Virus record (IMG/VR): IMGVR_UViG_3300022839_000006
Coordinates: 29,896 to 93,895 of that record
Length of the DNA stretch: 64,000 nt
Source: a virus
Direction: 5' to 3' (one strand)
Shown: one piece after another, positions 38,455-48,687 of the stretch
How positions within the stretch are numbered: position 1 is the first letter of the stretch
Layout of the letters: the number at the start of each line of letters is the position of its first letter
Program-made: the position numbers and the translations under genes
The notes under the pieces: model-generated
Seen by the model: the letters and a program-made list of their open reading frames with translations, nothing else
Database searches by the model: none
What the model was told of the DNA's origin: nothing

Positions 38455-38739
38455 GTGGTGAACATTTGGCGCGATTTAAAATCAGATCCACCCGCTGGCA
38501 ACGAATATGCGGTGATTATTTTCCCTTGTAAAAGCGATTGCGGTGTGCTTTACACAATTAGCAATCCCCATTATGCCCGAGGTGAAAACGCACTCGAAGC
38601 AGGATACACACATTGGTGCCTGTTTACATTGGCTAGTAACCACGACGAGTGGGAAAAATGGCAAGATGATCTGCTGCCCACTACAGGCGGAGATATCAAT
38701 TGCGCCATGGCGCAATTGAAAGACTTCGAGAAGACGTGA
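38455..38739 (+). CDS. small hypothetical protein
   Basis: 94-aa ORF. Confidence 0.4.
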   Translation: MVNIWRDLKSDPPAGNEYAVIIFPCKSDCGVLYTISNPHYARGENALEAGYTHWCLFTLASNHDEWEKWQDDLLPTTGGDINCAMAQLKDFEKT

Positions 38740-38875
38740 GTAGTATTCAAACAGATGATCAGAGAACTGATGGATGGGTTTGAGGATAAGATTCAAGCTT
38801 TGACAGATGCTAGATTTGATCACAAACGTGGCACTCGATTAATCTCTTTCCGAATGGATTCTGAATCCATTTCGT

Positions 38876-39097
38876 GTGCATAATTACTGGGACCACAACA
38901 CAGACAGAGAAGATGAAGCATGGGTTTCGTACACAGATCTTTTGGATCTTGATTCGGTCGATAGGATCAAAAAGGAAACACAGATAGCCAGAGAAACTGA
39001 AAACAATCGCTTGACACTTGAGAAGCTGAAAGCAATCGAGAAAACTGAAAGAGACGACTTGAAGAAACTAATCGACAAATATGGGGTGCCTGAATGA
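38876..39097 (+). CDS. small hypothetical protein
   Basis: 73-aa ORF. Confidence 0.4.
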   Translation: MHNYWDHNTDREDEAWVSYTDLLDLDSVDRIKKETQIARETENNRLTLEKLKAIEKTERDDLKKLIDKYGVPE

Positions 39098-39100
39098 GCT

Positions 39101-39286
39101 ATGACAGAGGCTGTCCTTGCGGCAGAGAATCGTGCTACGAGAACTGTACGTCAAGTGATTGTTACAGAAAACCACACCAAACATTGTAGCAAGCAAGTAA
39201 AGGTGCATACAACATCCGGCGAACACTTTTATGACGAAAGGGGTGCGCTGGACTCATCATGGCCACATGGCATCTTGAACTATTAA
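39101..39286 (+). CDS. small hypothetical protein (61 aa)
   Basis: ORF track; an overlapping 31-aa Cys-rich ORF from ATG 39092 has the better RBS. Confidence 0.3.
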   Translation: MTEAVLAAENRATRTVRQVIVTENHTKHCSKQVKVHTTSGEHFYDERGALDSSWPHGILNY

Positions 39287-39340
39287 TTGGACAATTTAAT
39301 AGGATCAAACTGACTCCATTGTAAATTATTAGGATTAAAC

Positions 39341-39775
39341 ATGAAAACTTTCCAAATCAACCGAGACTCTTGGCACTACAAGCTAAACAAAAACTTCTTT
39401 CAAGACACTTTGATGGAGAGACAGTGGGAACCCAAACACGCCAGCTTCTGTAAATACTGGTCTGCTACTATGTTCAGAATCGTCGGTGCGGCTATCATGG
39501 CGGCTATGACAACTATATTGTTATTTTTGATCGCCTTTGCAATCTGGACCGATCCATTGACTGTCCTGAAAGGCGTAATAGTTTTCATCGGGATCTTCGG
39601 AGCTGTACTGAGCATCGCTGTATTGGTAGATTATGTCCAGACTCGGCCAACTGCTATGCCCAACGACGAACCAAAATCCATGATCGCCATGAAATATTAT
39701 TCCTTCAAGAATAAAATCTGCCCAATGATCGAATTCAAAGATTCAGAGAAACAATATGAAGGATCGATGGAGTAA
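39341..39775 (+). CDS. membrane protein (2-3 TM)
   Basis: 144-aa ORF, central hydrophobic helices. Confidence 0.5.
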   Translation: MKTFQINRDSWHYKLNKNFFQDTLMERQWEPKHASFCKYWSATMFRIVGAAIMAAMTTILLFLIAFAIWTDPLTVLKGVIVFIGIFGAVLSIAVLVDYVQTRPTAMPNDEPKSMIAMKYYSFKNKICPMIEFKDSEKQYEGSME

Positions 39776-39824
39776 AATTCAAAGGACGGCAAATGCGATC
39801 ATCAGAACAGTTTAGGATTGAATA

Positions 39825-40244
39825 ATGAATAGATATGAATTTCAGGACGTAGTGGACTCTATTATGGGCAAGACAGAATACGTTCCTGGTGTTAGAGCAA
39901 ATTCCAAAGCTAGAATTAAAGGCAAAGACCCCTATTTCAGTCATTGCTCAAAGATAACTGCTACATGGGAAACTGGCGGAGTGAGTGGGGGTAGCTGTTG
40001 GGACGATTCCGATCCTGTTGAGTATTCAACCTCTGAACTTGAACCTGATTTTCACCACTTGGATGAGATACTTTCTAAAGTTGCAAGCAACGTCACATTT
40101 CTTGAATACAAAACTCTCATGAAATTAGTGAAGTACGGTACATATATAGAGAACGAGTATTACGGTAACTGTACATACTACGCGACAAAGACGATTACAA
40201 TTGATGACATCTGGGACTTTCTTGTTGCACAAAAACATGTCTGA
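39825..40244 (+). CDS. hypothetical protein
   Basis: 139-aa ORF, RBS TAGGATTGAATAATG. Confidence 0.5.
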   Translation: MNRYEFQDVVDSIMGKTEYVPGVRANSKARIKGKDPYFSHCSKITATWETGGVSGGSCWDDSDPVEYSTSELEPDFHHLDEILSKVASNVTFLEYKTLMKLVKYGTYIENEYYGNCTYYATKTITIDDIWDFLVAQKHV

Positions 40245-40638
40245 GATTATCTTGTTCATTGGTCTTCCTGGCTCTGGAAAAACACACGTGTCTGGTAGGA
40301 TGTGTTCTGAAATCTTTGATGATATCATTGACCTCGATTTGTTGCCACAACAAATCGAGGTTGACTCCATACTTGGTATATGTGATGTTAATTTCTGTGA
40401 TGATAAGATTCTCAGCAATGCTGTTGCGTTTTTCAAGGACAAATATCCCCATTCTCGTGTCAAAAAACATTATTTTGAGAATGCGCCAGACAAATGTAGA
40501 GCCAACGTTGTTCATCGGAATGACGGAAGAAACGTCGAAGGTACAATAAAGAGGTTTGAAAAAATCTACAACCCGCCTCAAGGCTTCCATGAGGTTTGGG
40601 GACATGTAAAAGGAAAAGAGGACAAAAAAGGTGATTAA
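40237..40638 (+). CDS. P-loop kinase (polynucleotide/nucleoside kinase-like, kinase domain only)
   Basis: Walker A ILFIGLPGSGKTH at the N-terminus as in the T4 Pnk kinase domain; no phosphatase domain. Confidence 0.5.
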   Translation: MSEIILFIGLPGSGKTHVSGRMCSEIFDDIIDLDLLPQQIEVDSILGICDVNFCDDKILSNAVAFFKDKYPHSRVKKHYFENAPDKCRANVVHRNDGRNVEGTIKRFEKIYNPPQGFHEVWGHVKGKEDKKGD

Positions 40639-40987
40639 TGTGGCTGTAGGCACTGTTCCTAAGATTAAAAACATAACGGTTGATTCGTGCAAATGGCCTG
40701 ATGGGGCATGTGCTTGCCATGTTGCACAAGAAAATAAGGGTGACGTGTATGGGCGTGTATGGATGCATTGCGAAGAAGGACTGAACTTCTCCAAGGCAAG
40801 CATGACACGTTTTGTGATGTTCTGTCTTGGAAACAATGTGGAAATTGGAGATCTGTATCCATTCGATGCGAAGTTTCCAAGATGTCAAGTATCTGCTTCT
40901 GTTCGATTGCGAAAGGATCAATTCGCTAAATTTGAAAGTGAGACAGGCGGAAAGTTGAGACTGCCCGCTAGAACTGTATTGTGTTGA
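40631..40987 (+). CDS. hypothetical Cys-containing protein
   Basis: 118-aa ORF with GTG start. Confidence 0.4.
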   Translation: MINVAVGTVPKIKNITVDSCKWPDGACACHVAQENKGDVYGRVWMHCEEGLNFSKASMTRFVMFCLGNNVEIGDLYPFDAKFPRCQVSASVRLRKDQFAKFESETGGKLRLPARTVLC

Positions 40988-41050
40988 ATCGTTGTTGACT
41001 GCAAGGCTGTGTTCCTATAACCTAAACATAGGAACACAAAGGAGTCAATC

Positions 41051-41260
41051 ATGCCTGCAGTTACAATTAAGAACATCAACAAAGCTTTGAACGACGCAAA
41101 TCTCCCTTTAGAGATTGTAAAGGGTGATGGATACTTCTGGTTCGCAGCAACGGAAAATGCACCAGCTGGGGTTGAAGATAATGTAGGCAGCATCTACTCC
41201 AACTATCTTCGTGGAATGAGCATAGAAGATTATGTGGAACACGTAAAAGACAGCCAATAA
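41051..41260 (+). CDS. small hypothetical protein
   Basis: RBS AAAGGAGTCAATCATG. Confidence 0.45.
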   Translation: MPAVTIKNINKALNDANLPLEIVKGDGYFWFAATENAPAGVEDNVGSIYSNYLRGMSIEDYVEHVKDSQ

Positions 41261-41280
41261 AAACAGATGAAGGAAACACA

Positions 41281-41490
41281 ATGGACTACATTACAACACC
41301 AAAGACCTCCCAAGAGGCGTATCGACTGATTCACCAGCATGCCGCCATGTGGTTGGCTGGATGTATTGGAAACGGCAGTGCTTGTGATGACTTCTTCCAC
41401 ACAGAGCTGAAACTTCCAAGTGTTATGAGAGAAATTGAATCGCATACAGACTTGGAGGAGCATCGTCCTCGCTTCGAAGACGGATGTTAA
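41281..41490 (+). CDS. small hypothetical protein
   Basis: RBS GAAGGAAACACAATG. Confidence 0.45.
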   Translation: MDYITTPKTSQEAYRLIHQHAAMWLAGCIGNGSACDDFFHTELKLPSVMREIESHTDLEEHRPRFEDGC

Positions 41491-41491
41491 G

Positions 41492-42124
41492 ATGGAACAC
41501 CTGACATTTGTAGTTGCAGACATTCACGGACGCTTTGATCTTCTGGAATTGGCACTAAAAGAGATCGACTTACAGGGTGGGAAGAATATAATCTTTACAG
41601 GCGATTACATTGACCGTGGTCCTCAAAGCCGTGAAGTTGTTGAGCTATTGATTGCAGGCCCTCAAGATAATGATTGTACCTGGTCATTCATCAAGGGCAA
41701 CCACGAAGACATGATTCTCCACTGTATAGACGGAACAGACATCGAATGGTGGATTCAACACGGCGGTGACACAACAATCAAATCGTACGGCAGCAATATT
41801 CCTGCCAAACATCTTCAATGGTTTGATGAGATGCCTCGTTTGCTGTGGGATACACATCGAGTATACGTCCATGCAGGAGTGTCTGAATCACATTCACTTG
41901 ATAATCAGCCTGACCAAACAACACAGTGGCATCGTTACGGAAAGAATGAAGATATTGGCTACCACGATAAACACGTAGTTCATGGACACACAATTGGTAC
42001 AAAGTTTCTTGTAAACCGTACCAATTTAGATGCAGGATCTTTTCGCACGGGAAGATTGACTGTCGGCGTGTTTGATGACAACAAAGAGGGTGGGCCCATT
42101 CGCACGATTGGGATCTCTGTCTAA
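41492..42124 (+). CDS. PPP-family Ser/Thr protein phosphatase (lambda-phosphatase / ApaH-like)
   Basis: VADIHGR...GDYIDRG...GNHE...HAG...GH motif series. Confidence 0.75.
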   Translation: MEHLTFVVADIHGRFDLLELALKEIDLQGGKNIIFTGDYIDRGPQSREVVELLIAGPQDNDCTWSFIKGNHEDMILHCIDGTDIEWWIQHGGDTTIKSYGSNIPAKHLQWFDEMPRLLWDTHRVYVHAGVSESHSLDNQPDQTTQWHRYGKNEDIGYHDKHVVHGHTIGTKFLVNRTNLDAGSFRTGRLTVGVFDDNKEGGPIRTIGISV

Positions 42125-42225
42125 AGTTTTAAAAGAGACTGAGACAATCACATTTTGGAGGATAATTATACTATGAACATTGTTACAATTCCACTTGAAA
42201 ACCATAAATAGTATCGAAAGAAGGA

Positions 42226-42540
42226 TTGTTAAACGTGGTATATTCATACATTAAAAGACTCGGCATAGCTATCTCTATTCTACTCAATGTAATTTTTGGC
42301 GGAGATTCCAACCAGACATTTAGTGCAAGGAATTACGGGTGGAAGAGAGAACAAAAGTTAAATCTTGTCTGGACAATAGACTTACTTTTTCGCGTGTTGT
42401 TTAAAGACGATGACCATTGCCTTCAGTCGTGGGTTTATTGGTATGTGAGAACAAGCTCTTATGAGGTGACGTCCGAAGTTCAAAGAACTCGTAATGACAT
42501 GCTAGAAGGATTGAAGAAAATTGATAAAAATTTACGGTAA
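42226..42540 (+). CDS. hypothetical protein
   Basis: 104-aa ORF. Confidence 0.4.
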   Translation: MLNVVYSYIKRLGIAISILLNVIFGGDSNQTFSARNYGWKREQKLNLVWTIDLLFRVLFKDDDHCLQSWVYWYVRTSSYEVTSEVQRTRNDMLEGLKKIDKNLR

Positions 42541-42772
42541 CCAAACTTGTGCGTTTTGTCTACGTGCTAAACGTCTTGCACATTCCTACAATCTGAGGTA
42601 CGAGTGGGTAGACACAGACATTGACGAGAATCTCGATGAGCTGAGAAGGCTACGTCCTGGTTTCAAAACAATTCCTCAAATTTGGTGGTATGACAAGTAT
42701 GTTGGTGGTTACAATGAGTTTGCCACAGCTGTAGGGGAAACGATAGGTGGTTTTGGCGATGGAAGGCTGTAA
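42521..42772 (+). CDS. glutaredoxin/NrdH-like redoxin
   Basis: IKIYGNQTCAFCLRAK CxxC active site; TIPQIWW...GGY glutaredoxin fold motifs. Confidence 0.7.
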   Translation: MIKIYGNQTCAFCLRAKRLAHSYNLRYEWVDTDIDENLDELRRLRPGFKTIPQIWWYDKYVGGYNEFATAVGETIGGFGDGRL

Positions 42773-42783
42773 GAGGTCTGAGT

Positions 42784-43038
42784 GTGGCACCGCAGAATCT
42801 TGAGAAAATGCTTGTAATGGTCATGGGCCGTGAAAAGTGTTCCTTGGTTGCAGCTCTCGAGATTGTGTTCGATTATTATTGTGTTAATGGTGATGATGTG
42901 TATGATGTTGTAGAATTTCTTGAATGTGGTCTTCCTGATCTAGACACAGTGTCACACTTCATGAAAATCTGGACAGGAGAAGAGAGCGATCTCGTGTTAA
43001 AAACGCGCGCTAAAAACGAAAAATTGAGAGGAATTTAA
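42784..43038 (+). CDS. small hypothetical protein
   Basis: 84-aa ORF. Confidence 0.4.
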   Translation: MAPQNLEKMLVMVMGREKCSLVAALEIVFDYYCVNGDDVYDVVEFLECGLPDLDTVSHFMKIWTGEESDLVLKTRAKNEKLRGI

Positions 43039-43041
43039 ATA

Positions 43042-43431
43042 ATGAATCTACACGACCATTTAAGACGACAGATGGCCTTCAGTAGGGCTACATATGGACC
43101 AGGCGATCGCCTAGGCGGAGTAACAGACCATATTACCAAAGAACTAGTCGAAGTTAAAGAGGCAGGTGATCCGCGTGAATGGGTGGATCTTGTACTTCTT
43201 TCCCTTGATGGTTTGTGGAGAAGCCTAGCTTATGACGGTCAAGACCCATACATTGGAATGTATACAAGCGGAGGCAAAAAGGCATTGGAGAACAATTGGG
43301 ACAACATCCCTGAAATTATTACGTTGCTCATTCAAGAAAAACAATCCAGGAATGAGCAACGAACATGGCCTGATTGGAGAGGTGCTGATCCCACAAAAGC
43401 AATTGAGCGCGATCGATCGATCGAAGGCTGA
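43042..43431 (+). CDS. MazG-like / DUF550-type nucleotide pyrophosphohydrolase-like protein
   Basis: TDHITKELVEVKEAGDPREWVDLVLLSLDGLW resembles the all-alpha NTP-pyrophosphatase (DUF550) fold. Confidence 0.4.
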   Translation: MNLHDHLRRQMAFSRATYGPGDRLGGVTDHITKELVEVKEAGDPREWVDLVLLSLDGLWRSLAYDGQDPYIGMYTSGGKKALENNWDNIPEIITLLIQEKQSRNEQRTWPDWRGADPTKAIERDRSIEG

Positions 43432-43465
43432 TTAGGTTAATAAATAAGCCTAAAAGGGGACGTTT

Positions 43466-44056
43466 ATGATTCTTGCAGGCATTGATTACAGTATGACATC
43501 ACCATCGATATGTGTTCACGATGGTGCAGAGTGGTCGATTGACAATTGCACCTTCCATTACATCGTTCAAAGAGACAAACACCTCGTGGTTACAAAACAG
43601 CTGCGCGGAAGTCTATATCCTGAATGGTCTTTGCTTGAGCAAAGATTTGACAACTTAGCAAAATGGTCACTTGGTGTTCTCCTTGAACACCAAGTTTCTT
43701 CCGTGATGATAGAAGGTTATAGCTATGGAAGTAGCTCAAGTAGACTATTCCAAATCGCGGAGAACGGTGGAACACTAAAGCAAGCAATATGGAAAAGTAA
43801 TATTCCATTTGCAGTCACACCGCCCACTGTAATTAAAAAATTAGCCACATCTAAAGGAAATTCCAACAAAGAAAAAATGTGGGATTCTTTCATCGAGGAG
43901 ACCTCCCTCAATCTGTTCAATATTCTCGGCCAAGAAGAAAAAAAGAATTGGAATCCCGTATCAGACATGGTCGACGCGTACTATTTGGCAAAACACTGCT
44001 TCAACGAACAGCACCCTCTACCCTTTATCTTAGAGCGTAACTCTATTATCGTCTAA
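43466..44056 (+). CDS. RuvC-like Holliday-junction resolvase
   Basis: ILAGIDYSMTSPSICV (catalytic Asp), MIEGYSYG (Glu), DMVDAYYLAKH (Asp-His), in the RuvC/YqgF fold order. Confidence 0.6.
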   Translation: MILAGIDYSMTSPSICVHDGAEWSIDNCTFHYIVQRDKHLVVTKQLRGSLYPEWSLLEQRFDNLAKWSLGVLLEHQVSSVMIEGYSYGSSSSRLFQIAENGGTLKQAIWKSNIPFAVTPPTVIKKLATSKGNSNKEKMWDSFIEETSLNLFNILGQEEKKNWNPVSDMVDAYYLAKHCFNEQHPLPFILERNSIIV

Positions 44057-44228
44057 ATGCAAATTAAGTCAACTGCAAAAAGCGTACAGTCACATTCTTA
44101 TTTGTGGTTGACAGCGTCCCCTTTGTAGGGGATGTTTCAAGAGTAGATCAAATAGGATACACGTTGTGCTGATGCTCGATAATGTACTGAATCGCCTGAA
44201 AAATCTTAACGACGTACAATCGGTTAAT

Positions 44229-44276
44229 ATGATTGACATTCTTTGACAGATGTACTACCTTTAATGTACAAGGAAA
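44229..44276 (+). promoter_or_regulatory. sigma70-like early promoter cassette (TTGACA-N18-TACAAG), copy 2 of 2
   Basis: ~85% identical to 30179-30226 and includes a doubled TTGACA. Confidence 0.5.
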
Positions 44277-44349
44277 TCAATTGTCCAAAATTAACAGCCT
44301 CATCGACGACCATGTAGGCCATCTGAACACGTGATCTAAATTTTATATT

Positions 44350-44568
44350 ATGGAGGGCTACAATATGCTAATCAAACGTGTGAGCGTCATTACAGGAGTC
44401 GAACGTCAACAGGACATTCCTGTTGATCCCAATGACGTGGTCTTGTGGGACCTTGGGTTGGGCAGCATTGAAGAGTTGATGCCATACCTGTCCGACAACG
44501 ACCGAGACTTTATCCTGTCAGGAATTACAACCACAGAATGGCAGGAGGCGTTTGCTGAGTTTGTGTGA
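44350..44568 (+). CDS. small hypothetical protein
   Basis: RBS ATGGAGGGCTACAATATG. Confidence 0.4.
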   Translation: MEGYNMLIKRVSVITGVERQQDIPVDPNDVVLWDLGLGSIEELMPYLSDNDRDFILSGITTTEWQEAFAEFV

Positions 44569-44624
44569 GAATGCTCTTACCTATAAATATCAGCAAATGA
44601 AATCTTTATGAAAAGAGGAAATGA

Positions 44625-44837
44625 ATGTCAACAAAAAAGATGCTGTTTCTAGAAAATCCGTATGATGTGGAGACGCTCCTAGAATGCATTAAGATTGCTA
44701 CAGAACATAATCGAGAATTAGTATACATGGACAGATTGGTAGGAATGTTAAGACTCGATCCTGAGGCCGATTTGATTAATCTAAACTACCGTATAATGCA
44801 CGACTTGTCACTGTTGAAACTCGAACCTGTCGAATAA
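44625..44837 (+). CDS. small hypothetical protein
   Basis: RBS AAGAGGAAATGAATG. Confidence 0.4.
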   Translation: MSTKKMLFLENPYDVETLLECIKIATEHNRELVYMDRLVGMLRLDPEADLINLNYRIMHDLSLLKLEPVE

Positions 44838-45116
44838 AGGAATACATCATGGGAAGAACTACACCTCAAAAGGTCAGCGCAACTGTACATCGACCTCTAC
44901 TCGTCGACAAACGTAGCTTAACAGTGAAAACGCGTGGTTGACCATCACAAAACAGATTCAAGTCGTCTGTTCATTATTGTCCGGACCAACAACTTGAATC
45001 GCGGCACATCGAAAGATCGCGCAAGTAAAACGTTTGTGGCAAAGTAAGAAAATATTAACCTAGAATGAGTAGAGCATTGACCTTTACTCATTCTTTCACA
45101 TCTGAAAGATACTACA

Positions 45117-45494
45117 ATGCTCGATCAATACAGTAACATCGTAAAATTTCCTAATGGCAAAACTGTAAAACCGTCCACACTTCAAACTGAAGATAATATA
45201 GTAGATCAGATCTTCGAATTAGAATCTCCTTTGGCTAAGGAGATTTCAGACACACTCTTGAATTACATCTTTGGTGAAATGCAGCGGACAGGTGCAGATA
45301 TTGATATTGACGATGTGTATCCATCATTGACTCTTGTAATGGGGGCGTTGCAGTCTTTCCAACTGAAATTAATGAACATTCACCATTCACATCAAGACTA
45401 TGCTGATAAAATTTACCGCGGTTCTGACGTTGACCTCCATCTGATTACAGCAGATGCTCAATCATTCTATAAAAATGATAACGGAGATGAATAA
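45117..45494 (+). CDS. hypothetical protein
   Basis: 125-aa ORF abutting rnh. Confidence 0.45.
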   Translation: MLDQYSNIVKFPNGKTVKPSTLQTEDNIVDQIFELESPLAKEISDTLLNYIFGEMQRTGADIDIDDVYPSLTLVMGALQSFQLKLMNIHHSHQDYADKIYRGSDVDLHLITADAQSFYKNDNGDE

Positions 45495-46355
45495 GTGCCA
45501 ATACTAATGGACTACAGCCAGGTCATAATCGCGTCGCTATTTGCCAGCATCGGCAATCACACGAACGTAGAGATATCTGAAGATCTGATTCGACACATGT
45601 TCCTTGTGTCGCTACGCCACAACAGAATGAAGTTTGCTCAAACATATGGCGAGTTGGTAATCTGTTGCGATGGCAAGAATTCATGGCGTCGCGAGTTGTT
45701 TCCATACTACAAGGCGTCGCGTAGATCTGATCGCGAGAAATCTGAACTAAACTGGAGTGAACTGTTTGGAATCATAAACAACATCAGAGAAGAATTGTCT
45801 GACCACTTCCCATACAAGGTCATTAACGTCGATCAATGCGAAGCAGACGACATCATCGGCGTTGTCTGTCACGAAAACGGCACACAGTTAAACAACGGCA
45901 GTGAAAAGTATCTGATCCTTTCAGGAGACAAAGACTATATTCAGTTGCAAAAATATGCCAACATCGATCAGTACGACCCTACACGAAAAAAATTCATTCG
46001 TCACGACAATCCTGATCAATACCTCGTCGAGCACATTCTCAAGGGTGACAGAGGCGATGGCGTTCCAAATGCATTGTCTCCAGACAATTGTCTGGCAATT
46101 GGCCAACGTCAAAAATCAATGACTGCTATAAAGCTTAGTCTGTTTTCAAAATCGCGTGACAACATGGACGAGGAGACACGAGGACGCTTTGATCGGAACA
46201 AGCAGTTGATCGATCTTGGCGAAACGCCTGAGAATTTTCGTCAAGAGATCATTACCGCGTATAACAAAGAAAAAAACATTGGACGCTCTAAACTCTTCAA
46301 CTACTTCATTCAGAAGCAACTCAAACACCTCATGACAGATATACAGGACTATTAA
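45495..46355 (+). CDS. rnh: RNase H / FEN-1-type 5'-3' exonuclease (T4 rnh-like)
   Basis: CEADDIIG, LILSGDKDYIQL and GDRGDGVPN motifs of the 5' nuclease family. Confidence 0.8.
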   Translation: MPILMDYSQVIIASLFASIGNHTNVEISEDLIRHMFLVSLRHNRMKFAQTYGELVICCDGKNSWRRELFPYYKASRRSDREKSELNWSELFGIINNIREELSDHFPYKVINVDQCEADDIIGVVCHENGTQLNNGSEKYLILSGDKDYIQLQKYANIDQYDPTRKKFIRHDNPDQYLVEHILKGDRGDGVPNALSPDNCLAIGQRQKSMTAIKLSLFSKSRDNMDEETRGRFDRNKQLIDLGETPENFRQEIITAYNKEKNIGRSKLFNYFIQKQLKHLMTDIQDY

Positions 46356-46356
46356 C

Positions 46357-46794
46357 ATGCTACTATCACTATCAGAAATTGTAAACAAAACAATTAAACT
46401 CCCTACCAAACAGGAAAAAATTGACTGGCTTCAATCAAATAAAAGCGTTCCACTGTTGACTGTGCTCAACATCATGTATAATAAAGACGTACGGATGTTG
46501 ATTCCTGATTCTGCCCCACCGTGGAAGAAGAATGGTTATATTGGTGTAGAAGGGATGCTATACAAAGAGACACGCCGCCTTAAAATCTTCATTGAAGGTG
46601 GCGGATACGACAACCTTCAACAGACGAAGAGGGAACAATTGTTCATTTCCCTACTTGAAGATGTGGATGACAATGACGCAGACCTTCTGTGTCAAATGAT
46701 TGCACAGAAGTCACTAAAGGGTATGTCACGTACTGTTGTAGCTGAAGCGTTCCCTGAATTAAACTTGAAATCTGAAGTTAAAGAGGATCTATAA
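46357..46794 (+). CDS. hypothetical protein
   Basis: 145-aa ORF. Confidence 0.5.
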   Translation: MLLSLSEIVNKTIKLPTKQEKIDWLQSNKSVPLLTVLNIMYNKDVRMLIPDSAPPWKKNGYIGVEGMLYKETRRLKIFIEGGGYDNLQQTKREQLFISLLEDVDDNDADLLCQMIAQKSLKGMSRTVVAEAFPELNLKSEVKEDL

Positions 46795-46795
46795 G

Positions 46796-46957
46796 ATGGC
46801 AAAATCATTCCGCAAATTCCGTGAAGATTCGTACGGCGATTGGGACGATCAAGACAACGACATCCGCGAAAAGCACAAAAAAATGGAATCGAGACGTGAT
46901 CAACGACGGAAGAAGCTGAGCGAACAGCAGTCAGTAAACGACACAGATGAACAGTGA
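46796..46957 (+). CDS. small basic/acidic hypothetical protein (53 aa)
   Basis: Starts immediately after the upstream stop. Confidence 0.3.
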   Translation: MAKSFRKFREDSYGDWDDQDNDIREKHKKMESRRDQRRKKLSEQQSVNDTDEQ

Positions 46958-47540
46958 ACGAACCATCCTTGTGGATGTTGACGGTGTTCTCTTGAACTGG
47001 ATCGTGTCTTTCGAACGATGGATGCGATCTAGAAACTACAAAAAGAAAAACCGATCAATGTATAGGATCGAAGATGTGTATGGTATTACGTCCTCCGACG
47101 CACACAAAGAGATTGTCAGTTTCCACAACAGTAAATATATTGGATTGCTCCCTTCTTTCAGAGATGCAAGAAAATACGTAAGAAAACTTCACGTGGAGCA
47201 TGGATACGTCTTTCACTGTGTAACTGCTATTCCTGATTCAGATCACATTAAAAAAATGCGACATCAAAACATTGATGGAATATTCGGTTCGAATGCAATC
47301 AAGAAAATTGACTGTGTCACAAAGAGTACTAACAAGGAGGCGATACTTGCACAGTATGCAGGATCGGGCGCTCCATGGGTCGAAGATTTGTACTCTAATG
47401 TCCTCACAGGCCAGAAAGTTGGTCTCACACCTTATATAATGGATCATTGGTACAACCGCCAAGCTGAAGAAGAAAAAGGTGTTGTTCGTGTAAAAAACTG
47501 GGCCAATCTTTACGAACTTATTGTATCTACACATAAATAG
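46947..47540 (+). CDS. HAD-superfamily phosphatase (5'-nucleotidase-like)
   Basis: ILVDVDGVL motif I. Confidence 0.55.
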   Translation: MNSERTILVDVDGVLLNWIVSFERWMRSRNYKKKNRSMYRIEDVYGITSSDAHKEIVSFHNSKYIGLLPSFRDARKYVRKLHVEHGYVFHCVTAIPDSDHIKKMRHQNIDGIFGSNAIKKIDCVTKSTNKEAILAQYAGSGAPWVEDLYSNVLTGQKVGLTPYIMDHWYNRQAEEEKGVVRVKNWANLYELIVSTHK

Positions 47541-47574
47541 ATTTGTAAAGATCTGTTGTAATGAGACACAATTG

Positions 47575-47610
47575 AGCGGTTCTTTTACAGAACCGCTTTT
47601 CGCTTTTTTG
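47575..47610 (+). terminator. rho-independent terminator
   Basis: AGCGGTTC-TTTTACA-GAACCGCT stem-loop followed by TTTCGCTTTTTTGG. Confidence 0.7.
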
Positions 47611-47618
47611 GAGGGCAA

Positions 47619-47855
47619 ATGCCAATATATAGTATCATGAACAAAGAAACTGACGATGTTTTTGAAGTAAACATCAAGTTTGCAGAACTGGACAAATATT
47701 TGTCCGACAATCCCACATACAAACAAGTATTCACAAAATTCCCAAGCTTCGGCGATCCTGTACGTTTGGGCCTTAGAAAGCCTGACGATGGCTTTCGCGA
47801 TGTATTGAGAACTGTCCAACATCACCATAAAAAGGATTCAATCAACACATTCTAA
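47619..47855 (+). CDS. small hypothetical protein
   Basis: 78-aa ORF, RBS GGAGGGCAAATG. Confidence 0.45.
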   Translation: MPIYSIMNKETDDVFEVNIKFAELDKYLSDNPTYKQVFTKFPSFGDPVRLGLRKPDDGFRDVLRTVQHHHKKDSINTF

Positions 47856-47894
47856 CCACGTCCTTCCGTTTCTTTAACAAAAATAGGAGTTCAC

Positions 47895-48623
47895 ATGTCC
47901 ATTAGACGTATGACCAAAACAAGAAAAAAGCAACACACTAGAGAAGCTAACCAAATACTGAATGTGAAATTTGGCATGAAGCAAATTGCACCTATCACAG
48001 ACAACCAAGACTTGTTGTTTGAAGCGTACGAAGAAGGAAAAAACATCCTTGCAATTGGCTCAGCAGGAACAGGAAAAACGTTCACAGCTCTCTATTTGGC
48101 ACTTAAAGACGTTATGGCAAACAATGACTACAAAGAGATTATCATCGTCAGATCATCGGTCCAATCGCGGGAGCAGGGTCACCTGCCAGGCGACGCAAAG
48201 GAAAAGATGGCATATTTCGAGTCACCATACGCTGACATTGTTAATGAGTTGTTTGGACGTGGTGACGCTTATGAAATTATGAAACAAAAGAACACTATTA
48301 GGTTTATGAGCACGTCGTTTATTCGCGGACTTACGTTTGACGATGCGCTGATTATTGTCGACGAATGTCAGTCATGCACGTACCACGAGCTCGATAGTAT
48401 CATAACGCGTGTGGGCGAAGGATCTCGCATCATTTTCTGCGGTGATGTGAAGCAAGACGACCTGAAAACAGGTGGTAGAGGACGAAATGACGTATCAGGT
48501 CTGAAAGACTTTGTGAAGGTTCTCAACAACATGTCCTCTGTTCAAACCATTGAATTCACCATAAACGATGTGGTTAGATCAGGACTCGTCAAGGAGTACT
48601 TGATAGCTAAAGAAGCAGCCTAA
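47895..48623 (+). CDS. phoH: PhoH-like ATPase
   Basis: Walker A AIGSAGTGKTF, DEAH-like IIVDECQS, typical PhoH length and motifs. Confidence 0.85.
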   Translation: MSIRRMTKTRKKQHTREANQILNVKFGMKQIAPITDNQDLLFEAYEEGKNILAIGSAGTGKTFTALYLALKDVMANNDYKEIIIVRSSVQSREQGHLPGDAKEKMAYFESPYADIVNELFGRGDAYEIMKQKNTIRFMSTSFIRGLTFDDALIIVDECQSCTYHELDSIITRVGEGSRIIFCGDVKQDDLKTGGRGRNDVSGLKDFVKVLNNMSSVQTIEFTINDVVRSGLVKEYLIAKEAA

Positions 48624-48687
48624 GCAACCAAGGGGCATGTTTTTCTCTGATTGACATGCCCCTTGTCTCGCATCTACTTCAATTGGG

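Noticed and set aside
41435-41491. Upstream extension of the PPP phosphatase ORF
   Set aside because: The extension overlaps the preceding gene, and the conserved N-terminal phosphoesterase motif begins right after ATG 41492.
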